A stretch of DNA of 64,000 nt from Nevskiaceae bacterium (GTDB lineage: Bacteria; Pseudomonadota; Gammaproteobacteria; Steroidobacterales; Steroidobacteraceae), in assembly GCA_037445285.1 (NCBI GenBank), contig JBBIKV010000007.1, positions 3,752 to 67,751 of the forward strand, given 5' to 3'. Both the position numbers and the translations under genes were made by a program. Numbering within the stretch: position 1 is the stretch's first letter; every line of letters starts with the position of its first letter. This document shows positions 27,324 to 36,672 of this stretch, piece by piece. A model generated the notes under the pieces. That model saw only the letters and a list, made by a program, of their open reading frames with translations, was not told where the DNA came from and searched no databases.

Positions 27324-28079
27324 TCAGATCGCGAGCCTGCGGATGTAGTCGTGCCGCTTCTTGGTCGATCTGCCGCCGACCTCGAGCGCCTCGGGCTCGG
27401 TGGCGGCCAGCAGATCCTCGATCACCCGCGCGAGATGATCGCGCATCGCATTGCGCGCGGCTTTCGGGTCGTGTTTGCGCAGCGCCACCAGGATGCGGCG
27501 ATGTTCGCTCACACGCGGCTGCACGCCGACGTGCCGCGCACGCTCGAGCATGAAGACGCAGAGCGGCGACTTGTGCCGCATGTCGAGCAGGTCCTCGATG
27601 ACGGTGGCGATCGCCGTGTTGCGGGTCGCCCGCGCGATCGCGATGTGGAACCGCCGGTCGGCGGTCCAGTCCTGTTGCCTGCGCGCGTTTTCGTCCACCA
27701 TCTCGGCGACGATCCGCTCGAGTTCGTCCAGGGTTTCGTCGGTGATCGTCGTCGCCGCCAGCGCCGCCGCTTCGCCCTCGAACAGGCGCCGGGCTTCCGT
27801 CAGCTCGAACGCACCGATGTCCAGGTCGCCGCCGCCCGCATGGGCGGGCGGATGATCGGTCACGTAGATGCCGGACCCATGGCGCGTCTCGGCCAGACCG
27901 CGAATCTCGAGGGCGATCATCGCCTCGCGAATGGTGGGACGGCTGACCTTGAACGCGGCGGCCAGGTCGCGCTCCGACGGCAGACGGTCGCCCGGCTTGT
28001 GCTTGCCCGACGCAATGGACTCCATGATCGTGCTCGCGACCTGCTGGTAGAGCTTGCGGGTATCGGACGTCACGGTCAT
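27324..28079 (-). CDS. GntR-family regulator, FadR subfamily (FCD domain; LldR/PdhR-like)
   Basis: 251 aa from the ATG at 28079. The wHTH PGDRLPSERDLAAAFKVSRPTIREAMIALEIRGL is followed by an all-helical FCD-type C-terminal domain. Confidence 0.85.
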   Translation of the reverse strand: MTVTSDTRKLYQQVASTIMESIASGKHKPGDRLPSERDLAAAFKVSRPTIREAMIALEIRGLAETRHGSGIYVTDHPPAHAGGGDLDIGAFELTEARRLFEGEAAALAATTITDETLDELERIVAEMVDENARRQQDWTADRRFHIAIARATRNTAIATVIEDLLDMRHKSPLCVFMLERARHVGVQPRVSEHRRILVALRKHDPKAARNAMRDHLARVIEDLLAATEPEALEVGGRSTKKRHDYIRRLAI

Positions 28080-28108
28080 CCGCCGAATCTTGACCGCTTC
28101 GCCATCGG

Positions 28109-29209
28109 ATGGCAACGTGCGGCATGCACCCACGCACCGCAGCGCGACTCGACACCAGCCTTGAATTGCTGCTCGAACGCACGCCCGCGAACGGGACCCC
28201 CCGGGTGCTCGCCACGCTCGTGGCCGCGGCGGGCTCCACGTACCGCAAACCCGGCGCGCGAATGCTCATCATGGCCGACGGCAGCTACTGCGGCTTGTTG
28301 AGCGGGGGGTGTCTCGAGGCGGACCTCGGCCTGCACGCCCGCGGCGTGCTCGAGAGCGGGGTGCCGCGGACCGTTGAATACGACATGCGGGGCCCGGACG
28401 ACATCCTGTTCGGCATCGGCGCGGGCTGCGAGGGGGCGATGCGGGTGTTGCTCGAACCCGCAGGTCCCGGGACGGTGGCTGCCGCGGCCCTGGCCGACGC
28501 CGGCCGGACGACCCGCCAAGGACGCGCCACGGCGCTCGTGGCGGTGCATGAATCGAGCGACCTGGAACTCGGTACCTACCCTGGGGCGGCCTTGCCGCCG
28601 GGGGAACTGGCGACGGCGGCGCAGGGTGCGTTGACGGAACGCAGGTCGCAGGCATTCGACCGCGAATTCGCGGGGCGGCGCACCCGCGCATACCTGCACT
28701 ACCTGCCCCCGCCGCCCCATCTGCTGATCTGCGGCGCCGGACCGGACGCCCAGCCGGTGGCCGCGACGGCGCTGGCTCTCGGCTGGCGCGTGTCGATCGT
28801 CGACCACCGACCCGCCTACGCCGTCGCGGCGCGCTTTCCCGGGGCATGCGTGGTGCGGGCCGACGCGCGGCAGCTGCGCACCGCGATCGAGTTGGACGGC
28901 TGCCACGCCGCGGTCGTCATGAGCCATCACCTGCCCTCGGACGTGGCCTATCTCAGCGAATTGTCCGGGGCGGGGCTGCCAGAATATGTCGGACTGCTCG
29001 GTCCCGCCGCCCGCCGGCAACGCATCGCGGACGAGTTGGGGGCTGTGGCGGCCGGACTGCGGTCGCGGCTCCACAGCCCGGTGGGTATGGACATCGGCGC
29101 GGTCACACCGGAGGGGATCGCAGTGGCGATCGTCTGCCAGATTCATGCCCACCTGGCACGGCGCGAAGCGGTCCCGGCCCGCGGCTTGCCGGCATCGTGC
29201 ACGCCGTGA
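28109..29209 (+). CDS. XdhC/CoxI-family molybdo-enzyme maturation factor
   Basis: 366 aa. N-terminal XdhC_CoxI segment (LATLVAAAGSTYRKPGARMLIMADGSYCGLLSGGCLE) and a Rossmann-like XdhC_C segment (HLLICGAGPDAQPVA). Confidence 0.8.
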   Translation: MATCGMHPRTAARLDTSLELLLERTPANGTPRVLATLVAAAGSTYRKPGARMLIMADGSYCGLLSGGCLEADLGLHARGVLESGVPRTVEYDMRGPDDILFGIGAGCEGAMRVLLEPAGPGTVAAAALADAGRTTRQGRATALVAVHESSDLELGTYPGAALPPGELATAAQGALTERRSQAFDREFAGRRTRAYLHYLPPPPHLLICGAGPDAQPVAATALALGWRVSIVDHRPAYAVAARFPGACVVRADARQLRTAIELDGCHAAVVMSHHLPSDVAYLSELSGAGLPEYVGLLGPAARRQRIADELGAVAAGLRSRLHSPVGMDIGAVTPEGIAVAIVCQIHAHLARREAVPARGLPASCTP

Positions 29210-29278
29210 CGCCGGTGAATGGCCCGAGCGGCCCGGCTGGAGTAGACTTGATCCCCTGACGGGATGCGCGCAGCCCAT

Positions 29279-29306
29279 CGAATAACAAGTAGCGAATAAC
29301 AAGTAC
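29279..29306. repeat. Perfect tandem direct repeat, 2 x 14 bp (CGAATAACAAGTA+G/C); candidate regulator site
   Basis: Seen directly: CGAATAACAAGTA at 29279..29291 and again at 29293..29305, in an AT-rich patch 55 nt upstream of the lipase gene ATG (29361). Confidence 0.5.
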
Positions 29307-29360
29307 AGGCACTCGCGGGACATCCCCCTCGTCTTGGCTGCAGCGACAAGGGAGTTCGAC

Positions 29361-30956
29361 ATGATTAAGCTTTTAAGGCCTCTGGGTCTCGTGCTCGCGG
29401 CCGCCTTGGCGGCGGCCTGCGGGTCCGCGGGTTCCCAAACCTCGGCCGTGGCGAGTTCCACCGCGCCGGGTACGCCCGCATTGGATCCGCCGTTCCGCAT
29501 CGCGTCCCTGGATGCCGCCACGTTCAAGGCGAGCCTCGGCGCCGCGAGCGCGGGCGCGCAGCTCCTGACCCTGACGGGCGCTCCGGTCTGCGGCGTCGAC
29601 TTTTACTACCTCAAGTTCTGGACCACGGGCGGGGCCAAGGAGTCCACCGAGTCCTCGGGCGCGCTGATGGTGCCGACGGGAGGCACCGGGTGTTCCGGCC
29701 CGCGGCCCATCGTGCTCTACGCGCACGGCACGAACACGAACAAGGCGCTGAACATCGCGGACATCACCGACACCACCAACAGCGAGGGGGCGCTGATCGC
29801 GGCCACGTTCGCCGCCCAGGGCTACATCGTGGTCGCGCCCAACTATGCGGGCTACGACATCTCCACCCTCGGCTATCATCCCTTCCTGAACGCCGCGCAG
29901 CAGTCGGGCGAGATGATGGACATGTTGGCGGCGGCGCGCACCGCGCTGCCAAAGACGTTTTCCTCGGCCACGACCGACGGCGGAAAACTGTTCGTGACGG
30001 GCTACTCGGAAGGCGGTCATGTCGCCATGGCGACGCAACGCGCGCTGCAGGCCGCGGGCGCCGCCGTGACGGCGGCGGCGCCGATGTCGGGACCGTATGC
30101 CATGGAAGCCTTCGGGGATGCGATCATCTTCGGCGGGGTCAACGTGGGGTCGACCGTGTTCGTGCCCCTGATCGCCACGAGCTATCAGCGCGCCTATGGG
30201 AACCTGTATGCGGCGACGACCGACCTCTATTCGTCGGCCTACGCCACCGGCATCGAGACGTTGCTGCCCAGCGTGACGCCCATCGCCACCATCTTCACCA
30301 ACGGCCAGCTGCCCCTGTCGGCCCTGTTCGACAGTTCGACGCCGGCCGTCGCGATCCCGGGCCAGGCCGCCCTGTCCGCGGCGCTGACGGCGGCGCTCGC
30401 CGTGCCCAGCAATCCGGCGGATCCGCGGACACCGTTGTTCGCGGCGGGTTTCGGCAATCCCTATCTCATCAACAACGCCTACCGCGTGAGCTATGCGGTG
30501 GATGCCGCCACCAATCCGGACGGCGCCTTCCCCACGCCGCAGCCGGGGGTGGCGCTGGCCGCCGCGGCGCCGACGCAGCCCCTGCGTCTGGCGTTGTACA
30601 AGAACGACCTGCGCAACGGCGGCTGGGCGCCGAAATCCCCGACGCTGTTGTGCGGCGGCGATGCGGACCCCACGGTGTACTTCAGCGTCAACACCGGCAC
30701 CATGGCCGCCTTCTGGGGCGCTCTGCCCGCGGGACTGGTGACGGTGCTGGACGTGAACGCGTCCCCCGCGGGACCGTTTGCCGCGATCCAAACGGGTTTC
30801 GCTCAAAGCCAGGCGCAGCTGCTCGCCTACCTTCAAAGTCCGGCCGGAGGCGGGCTGTCGCTCGCCGCGGCCGAACAACAGTTGGTGCTGGGATATCACT
30901 CGGCCGTCGCACCGTTCTGCGCCGTGGCGGCCCGGTCGTTCTTCAGTCAGTTCTAG
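29361..30956 (+). CDS. Secreted alpha/beta-hydrolase lipoprotein (lipase/esterase-like)
   Basis: 531 aa from the ATG at 29361, with AAGGGAG 7 nt upstream. Lipobox LAAAC. Nucleophile elbow GYSEGG (G-x-S-x-G). Confidence 0.7.
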   Translation: MIKLLRPLGLVLAAALAAACGSAGSQTSAVASSTAPGTPALDPPFRIASLDAATFKASLGAASAGAQLLTLTGAPVCGVDFYYLKFWTTGGAKESTESSGALMVPTGGTGCSGPRPIVLYAHGTNTNKALNIADITDTTNSEGALIAATFAAQGYIVVAPNYAGYDISTLGYHPFLNAAQQSGEMMDMLAAARTALPKTFSSATTDGGKLFVTGYSEGGHVAMATQRALQAAGAAVTAAAPMSGPYAMEAFGDAIIFGGVNVGSTVFVPLIATSYQRAYGNLYAATTDLYSSAYATGIETLLPSVTPIATIFTNGQLPLSALFDSSTPAVAIPGQAALSAALTAALAVPSNPADPRTPLFAAGFGNPYLINNAYRVSYAVDAATNPDGAFPTPQPGVALAAAAPTQPLRLALYKNDLRNGGWAPKSPTLLCGGDADPTVYFSVNTGTMAAFWGALPAGLVTVLDVNASPAGPFAAIQTGFAQSQAQLLAYLQSPAGGGLSLAAAEQQLVLGYHSAVAPFCAVAARSFFSQF

Positions 30957-30971
30957 GGGGGGTCTGCCATC

Positions 30972-31670
30972 ATGAACAACAATAAATCCTTATTGATCGC
31001 CGCCGCGATGGCCGCCTCGTGCTGCGCCGGATCGGCGTCGGCCGACGACGCGGTCTGGAACAACAGCTTTCGCCTGGGATCCTACAGCGTTTTCTATCAC
31101 ACCAAGGCCGACGACCTGGCCGGGCCGTACGTGCCCGCCGGCGTCAATTTCAAAGCCAAGGATCTCGAGACCCTGTACGTCGGCTACGTCCGCCGGCTGT
31201 CCTCCGCATTCGACGTGGAACTCGCGCTGGGCTACCCGCCGCTGAGCAAGGTCGAGGGCAAGGGGCCGGCCACGGTGGGCTCGGTGCCCTACAACGGCCA
31301 GGTCATCTCCACGGCACGCTGGCTGTCGCCCACGGTGCTGCTCGAATACAGGTTCCTGGGCGAGAGTTCGAAGTGGCAGCCGTACATCGGCGCGGGAGTC
31401 AATTACACGGCATTTTACGACCGCGTATCGACCGCACAGGGGAACGCCGCCAGCGGCGGTCCCACCAAACTCTCGCTCACCGCCTCGGTGGGGCCTGCCG
31501 CCACCGTCGGTCTCGCGTACCACATCAGCAGCCGCTGGCTCGTGAACGCGTCCTATTCCATTTCGCGGGTGAACTCGGACATCAAGACCGACACGGCCGG
31601 GGTGGTCCGTACGAGCACCCTGCACTTCGGACCCCAGGCGCTGGTCGTGTCCGGAGGCTATTCCTTCTGA
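30972..31670 (+). CDS. ompW: OmpW-family outer-membrane beta-barrel protein
   Basis: 232 aa. Signal peptide ending SASA-DD. OmpW-like strand pattern with a C-terminal aromatic residue (...VVSGGYSF). Starts 15 nt after the lipase gene. Confidence 0.8.
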   Translation: MNNNKSLLIAAAMAASCCAGSASADDAVWNNSFRLGSYSVFYHTKADDLAGPYVPAGVNFKAKDLETLYVGYVRRLSSAFDVELALGYPPLSKVEGKGPATVGSVPYNGQVISTARWLSPTVLLEYRFLGESSKWQPYIGAGVNYTAFYDRVSTAQGNAASGGPTKLSLTASVGPAATVGLAYHISSRWLVNASYSISRVNSDIKTDTAGVVRTSTLHFGPQALVVSGGYSF

Positions 31671-31709
31671 GGCCGGGCGGGACGCCGGCTTGGTAATCCC
31701 AGCAGACCG

Positions 31710-32624
31710 ATGACAGCACCCCCCACCTATCGGTCGGGCTCGGCGTCCGTCGAGGCGCAGGGCCAGGCGGCATCCCCCGAGGAGCGTGCGGCGGCGCTCG
31801 AATTCCTGCAGCGCCTGGCGGCGGAGATTTCCAAGGGCGAGGTGGACCTGCCCTGCTTCCCCAACGTGGTGGTGCGCATCAGCGAGACCCTCATGGCGCC
31901 GGACACCACGCCGGAACAGGTGGTCACGGTGGTCGGGGCGGAGCCGCGCCTGGCGGCGCGCATACTGCAGACCGCCAATTCCGCCGCGTTCAATCCGGCC
32001 GGTAAGCCCGTGACGGAACTGCGCTCCGCCATCACCCGGGTCGGCCAACGCCTGTTGCAGAGCATCGCCATTTCTTACGCGATCCAGCAGATGCAGCATG
32101 AAGAGTCGCTGAAATCCATCACCCAGTCCCTCATGGAACTCTGGGATAGAAGCATCGCGGTGGCCTCGATCAGCCAGTTGGTCGCGGAACGCACCAAGGT
32201 CCATACCGACGTGGCATTCCTGACGGGCCTGTTGCACGGCATCGGCAGCCTCTACATCATGGCGCGTGCGGTGGGTCAATCGGCCGGCCTCGAGAACCGG
32301 CAATCGTGGATCGATCTGCTCAGCGGCTGGCAGGCACCCATCGGCAAGGCCATTCTGGAGAACTGGGGATTTTCCGAGGAGATGTGCGAGGCGGTCGCCG
32401 ATCAGCGCGACCACCTGCGCCGGTGGAAACACGACGCCACGCTCACGGACGTGCTCATCGTCAGCCTGGTCCTGGCGGACGCCCTGCAGGCGCCCGAACC
32501 CCGGGAGGTCGTCATGGACGGCATCAACGCCTTCGCGAGCGTCGGATTGAACGCAACCGACTGCCAGGCCACCCTGGTCAGGGCGGAGCGGCGCATCGCC
32601 GTGGTGCATGCAGCCCTGAAATAG
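31710..32624 (+). CDS. HDOD-domain signalling protein (soluble)
   Basis: 304 aa. HDOD-like sequence (LPCFPNVVVRISETLMAPDTTPEQVVTVVGAEPRLAARILQTANSAAF). Confidence 0.8.
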   Translation: MTAPPTYRSGSASVEAQGQAASPEERAAALEFLQRLAAEISKGEVDLPCFPNVVVRISETLMAPDTTPEQVVTVVGAEPRLAARILQTANSAAFNPAGKPVTELRSAITRVGQRLLQSIAISYAIQQMQHEESLKSITQSLMELWDRSIAVASISQLVAERTKVHTDVAFLTGLLHGIGSLYIMARAVGQSAGLENRQSWIDLLSGWQAPIGKAILENWGFSEEMCEAVADQRDHLRRWKHDATLTDVLIVSLVLADALQAPEPREVVMDGINAFASVGLNATDCQATLVRAERRIAVVHAALK

Positions 32625-32724
32625 GAAGCCGGCATGAAGGCGGGCGCGCCGCGGACCGGCGCAAAATCGTTGTGCTAACCTGGCACGATGCACCGCCGGC
32701 CCGCCGGTCTCGAAGGGAGAATTC

Positions 32725-33789
32725 ATGAGGTACTTCGCCGCATTCTTGTTCGTCGTCGCCCTGACTGTGGGCGGGGGCCCGGTCCACGCCGACGACAAGA
32801 AGCTGCGCATCCTCAGCTGGGCGGATTACGTCCCCGCCGATCTCATCGCCGCCTTCGAGAAGGAAACCGGCTACGACGTCGAGGTCACCCTCTCGAACAA
32901 CGAAGAGATGATCTCGAAGCTGCGCGCCACGGGTGGCGCGGGATACGATCTCGCCCAGCCGTCGCAGGACCGCATCGCCTCGGCGCAGCGCGAATTCGGC
33001 ATCTACAAACCGATCGACCTGCACCGGGTCAAGACCGGTGAATTCCAGCCGGCGCTCCTCGACGTCGTGAAACGCAATACGACGCTCGACGGAAAACAGT
33101 ACGGGCTTCCGTATTTGTGGGGCACGGACGGCCTGGTCGCCAACGTCAAGCGGGCGAACGTGGCGGACTACGGCGATCTGTGCAAACCGGAACTCAAAGG
33201 CAGGACGGCGATCCGTCTGCGGCGGCCGACGCTCATGGCGTTCGCCTTCGCAGCCGGCAAGAACCCCTTCGCCCTCTACGGCGATCCGAAGGCCTATGCC
33301 GCCCTCATGGATCAGATCGGCGCCACGCTGATCGCGTGCAAGCCGAACTTCAAGTTCTTCTACGACAACAAGGACCAGCTGCTCAACGGCATCCGCTCCG
33401 GCGAAGTCGTCGCGGCGATGATGTGGGATACGGGGGGATGGACGCTCAACCGCGACAATCCCGACATCCAGTTCATCGTGCCGCGCTCCGGAGCGCTGGG
33501 TTGGCTCGACACGTTCGCGCTGCCGGCGCGCGGGCGCAACGACGCCGCCGCGTATGCCTGGATCAATTTCACGATGCGGCCGGAGAATGCGGCCAGGGTC
33601 ATCAAGTCGGTCGGCAATTTTTCGGCGGCCCGCGACACGGCGCCTTTCGTCGATCCGCGCCTCAAGGCGCAGTTCACGGCCGCGTTTCCGGAGTCCGCCC
33701 TGAAGGGCATTCACTGGTATCCGGCGATCCCGGTGGGCCTCGAGGAAATCGAAGGCAGGGTGCTGGACCGGGTGAAGGCCGCCAATTGA
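32725..33789 (+). CDS. ABC transporter periplasmic substrate-binding protein, PotD/PotF (polyamine) type
   Basis: 354 aa. Signal peptide MRYFAAFLFVVALTVGGGPVHA. PotD/F-like sequence (LRILSWADYVP...). Confidence 0.8.
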   Translation: MRYFAAFLFVVALTVGGGPVHADDKKLRILSWADYVPADLIAAFEKETGYDVEVTLSNNEEMISKLRATGGAGYDLAQPSQDRIASAQREFGIYKPIDLHRVKTGEFQPALLDVVKRNTTLDGKQYGLPYLWGTDGLVANVKRANVADYGDLCKPELKGRTAIRLRRPTLMAFAFAAGKNPFALYGDPKAYAALMDQIGATLIACKPNFKFFYDNKDQLLNGIRSGEVVAAMMWDTGGWTLNRDNPDIQFIVPRSGALGWLDTFALPARGRNDAAAYAWINFTMRPENAARVIKSVGNFSAARDTAPFVDPRLKAQFTAAFPESALKGIHWYPAIPVGLEEIEGRVLDRVKAAN

Positions 33790-34919
33790 GCGCGGCCGAT
33801 CTCGTGGCGGACGCGCTCTACAAGCGCTTCGGCGGGCATGCCGCCGTCGATGCGCTGTCGTTCGCCGTCGAGCGCGGCAGTTTCTTCTCCATCCTCGGCC
33901 CCTCGGGCTGCGGCAAGACCACGCTGCTGCGCATGATTGCGGGCTTCATCGCGCCGGACAGCGGCGACATCGCGATCGGCGGCCGCAGCATGCGCGACGT
34001 GGCCCCAAACCGCCGGCCCGTCAACATGGTCTTTCAGCAGCTGGCCCTGTTCCCGATGATGTCGGTCGGCGAGAACGTGGCCTTCGGTCTGGCGCGACGG
34101 GGCGTCGCGCGTCCCGAGCGCGCGCGTCGCGCCGCGGCCATGCTCGAGCGCGTCGGACTCGCCGGCGCCGCCGGCAAGCGGGTCGACGAGCTGTCGGGAG
34201 GACAACGTCAGCGGGTGGCGATCGCCCGAAGCCTGGTGCTCGAGCCGACGCTGCTGCTGCTCGACGAGCCGCTCGGGGCCCTCGACCTCAAACTGCGCGA
34301 ACACATGAAGATCGAGCTCAAACAATTGCAGGCGGCGTTCGGCACGACCTTCGTCTACATCACGCACGATCAATCGGAAGCGCTGGTGTTGTCCGACCAT
34401 GTCGGCGTGATGAACCACGGGCGGTTCGAACAGCTGGGTACTCCGCAGGACCTGTACTACCGCCCGCAGACGCCGTTCGTCGCGGGATTCGTCGGCGCCA
34501 ACAACCGCATCGTCGGACGGGTCACCCGCGCGGAAGGCGGTTCCGCGGCCGGTGCGCCCGTCGAAATCACCACCGCGGACGGCTGGGTCATCCGCGCACG
34601 GAGCCACGGGGCGATGACGGTCGGCGACCCGGTCGAGGGATTCGTGAGGCCGGAGGTGGCGAGTCTCGGACGGACGCCCGAGGAGTTGCCGGCCGGTCAA
34701 CCCGCCCACTCGGGCCAGGTGGAGAGCCTGCTGTTCGACGGCGCCAATTCCGCGGTGCTCCTCCAGGAGCGGGCAACCCACCGCGAATTTCGCATCGCGT
34801 TGCCGCAAACCGGAAGGTTCTCGGATCTCAAGCCCGGAGAGGCGGTGCACTTCAGCTTCGATCCCGATCGCGCGGTGTGTTTTCCGGCACGGCCCGGAGC
34901 GGCGGGACAGGATGCCTGA
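33786..34919 (+). CDS. ABC transporter ATP-binding protein (PotA-like)
   Basis: About 377 aa. Start is the TTG at 33786 or the GTG at 33804. Walker A GPSGCGKTT, signature LSGGQRQRVAIAR, Walker B LLLLDEP. Confidence 0.9.
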   Translation: MSAADLVADALYKRFGGHAAVDALSFAVERGSFFSILGPSGCGKTTLLRMIAGFIAPDSGDIAIGGRSMRDVAPNRRPVNMVFQQLALFPMMSVGENVAFGLARRGVARPERARRAAAMLERVGLAGAAGKRVDELSGGQRQRVAIARSLVLEPTLLLLDEPLGALDLKLREHMKIELKQLQAAFGTTFVYITHDQSEALVLSDHVGVMNHGRFEQLGTPQDLYYRPQTPFVAGFVGANNRIVGRVTRAEGGSAAGAPVEITTADGWVIRARSHGAMTVGDPVEGFVRPEVASLGRTPEELPAGQPAHSGQVESLLFDGANSAVLLQERATHREFRIALPQTGRFSDLKPGEAVHFSFDPDRAVCFPARPGAAGQDA

Positions 34920-35796
34920 CCCAGGGACCCGGGCGCGCTGGACCGCGCGGCTGAATCTCGGCCTGTTGCTGGCGCCCGCCCTGCTCTGGCTCGGCGCCCT
35001 GATCGTCCTGCCGCACGTCGATCTGGCGGTGCTGTCCTTCCGCGAGCGCATCGGCCCCCGCCAATACGCCGCAAGCCTGGCGCAATATCGGACGTTCTTC
35101 TCCGAACCGTTGTACTGGCGGGTCTTTCTGCGCACGGCGGTGATGTCGGTGATCGCCACCTCGATGACCCTGGTGCTCGCCTTCCCCATCGCCTGGACGA
35201 TCGCCAAACTCACGCGCGGCCGGGCGGGTTCCCTGTTGTTCATCCTGTGCCTGATACCCTTTTGGATCAGCGAGACGGTGCGCACCCTGGGGTGGATGAT
35301 CCTGCTGCGCGAGTCCGGCGTCCTGCCCTCGCTGCTCACGGCGCTGGGCATCACCACCGTTCCCGTCGAATTGCTCTACCACGACGCCACGATCCTGGTG
35401 GGACTGGTGTACACCTCGCTGTTGTTCATGTTGATACCGCTGATATCCAGCCTGGAGAGCCTCGACGATGCGCTGATCGAGGCGGCCTACGACCTGGGTG
35501 CCGGCGGCCCGGCGGTACTGCGCACCATCGTGATCCCGCATGCGGCGCCGGGCATCACGGCGGGCTGCATCATCGTCTTCATGCTCACCCTCGGCAATTA
35601 TCTGACGCCGACCCTGCTCGGCGGCAAAAACTCTCAGTGGTTCACCGAGCAGATCTACACCCAGTTCATCACGCGCTTCAACTGGGAACAGGGCGCCGCG
35701 TTCGGCTTCCTGCTGCTGGTGTTGTCCACCGCGATGGTCGTCGCGGGTCTGCGCCTCACCGGCCAGCGCTTCGGTGACGTGATGCGCCGCGCATGA
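34912..35796 (+). CDS. ABC transporter permease (PotB-like)
   Basis: 294 aa, six hydrophobic segments, EAA loop (EAAYDLGAGGPAVLRTIVIP). 8-nt overlap with the ATPase gene. Confidence 0.9.
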   Translation: MPDPGTRARWTARLNLGLLLAPALLWLGALIVLPHVDLAVLSFRERIGPRQYAASLAQYRTFFSEPLYWRVFLRTAVMSVIATSMTLVLAFPIAWTIAKLTRGRAGSLLFILCLIPFWISETVRTLGWMILLRESGVLPSLLTALGITTVPVELLYHDATILVGLVYTSLLFMLIPLISSLESLDDALIEAAYDLGAGGPAVLRTIVIPHAAPGITAGCIIVFMLTLGNYLTPTLLGGKNSQWFTEQIYTQFITRFNWEQGAAFGFLLLVLSTAMVVAGLRLTGQRFGDVMRRA

Positions 35797-36668
35797 TCCC
35801 CTCCCTGCCCCGGCCCGCATGGCTGCGCGCCGTGACGGCGGCTTACGTGATCGCCTTCCTGGCGTTCCTGTTCCTGCCGCTCGTGGTCGTGGGCGTCTTC
35901 GCGTTCAACGACGCCGCCTATCCGGCGCCTCCCTGGCGCGGATTCACCCTGGACTGGTTCTTTGGCAGTGCATCGCACGGGCGTACCGGGCTGTTCGCGG
36001 ACGCCGAGCTGCTCACGAGCATGGGGACCAGCTGCCTGGTGGCCGCCTGGGTCACGCTCCTGTCGGTGCTGCTGGGAACCTTCAATGCGTTTCTGCTCGA
36101 GCGCGGGCGCTTTCCCGGCAGACAGACGCTGTCGGTCCTGATGCTCGCGCCGCTGGTCATCCCCGGGGTGATTCTCGGCATTTCGATCCTCGCCTTCGCG
36201 AGCCGCATCGCCGAATTCGCCGACGACACGTTCGGATTGGAGCTCGATTTTCTGCGGCCGGGCCTGCCCCTCGTCGTGCTCGGCCAATTCTCGTTCATCG
36301 CGACCATCGCCACGCTCACCATCGGCGCGCGCTTGCGGCGCTTCGATCCCACGTTGGAGGAGGCGGCATTGAACCTCGGCGCATCCCGGGCGGCGGCGTT
36401 TCGCACCATCCTCCTGCCGTATCTGCGCCCGTCCCTGCTGGGCTCGGCGGCCATCGCGTTCCTGATGTCCTTCGAGGATTTCAACACCACCTTGATGCTG
36501 GTCGGGGCGGATCCGCCGTTGACCGTCATGATGTATGGGCGGATGCGCGAGGGCGCGACGCCGGTGCTGAACGCCGTCAGCCTGTTTCTCATGATCGCCT
36601 CCGCCCTACTCGCGCTCCTCCTCATGCGCCGCGGCCCGACCCGGACCCAGCCCGGGGACCCGCCATGA
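35793..36668 (+). CDS. ABC transporter permease (PotC-like)
   Basis: 291 aa, EAA loop (EAALNLGASRAAAFRTILLPY). 4-nt overlap with the preceding permease gene. Confidence 0.9.
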   Translation: MIPSLPRPAWLRAVTAAYVIAFLAFLFLPLVVVGVFAFNDAAYPAPPWRGFTLDWFFGSASHGRTGLFADAELLTSMGTSCLVAAWVTLLSVLLGTFNAFLLERGRFPGRQTLSVLMLAPLVIPGVILGISILAFASRIAEFADDTFGLELDFLRPGLPLVVLGQFSFIATIATLTIGARLRRFDPTLEEAALNLGASRAAAFRTILLPYLRPSLLGSAAIAFLMSFEDFNTTLMLVGADPPLTVMMYGRMREGATPVLNAVSLFLMIASALLALLLMRRGPTRTQPGDPP

Positions 36669-36672
36669 ATCC

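Noticed and set aside
26356-28272. 638-aa ORF that would be one very large protein ending in the MBL domain
   Set aside because: Only the last ~310 residues look like a real protein (leader plus MBL fold). The upstream part is Arg/Ala/Gly-rich low-complexity sequence. It overlaps, out of frame, a convincing GntR/FadR gene (27324..28079). A GTG with a Tat-like leader at 27288 gives a sensible start.
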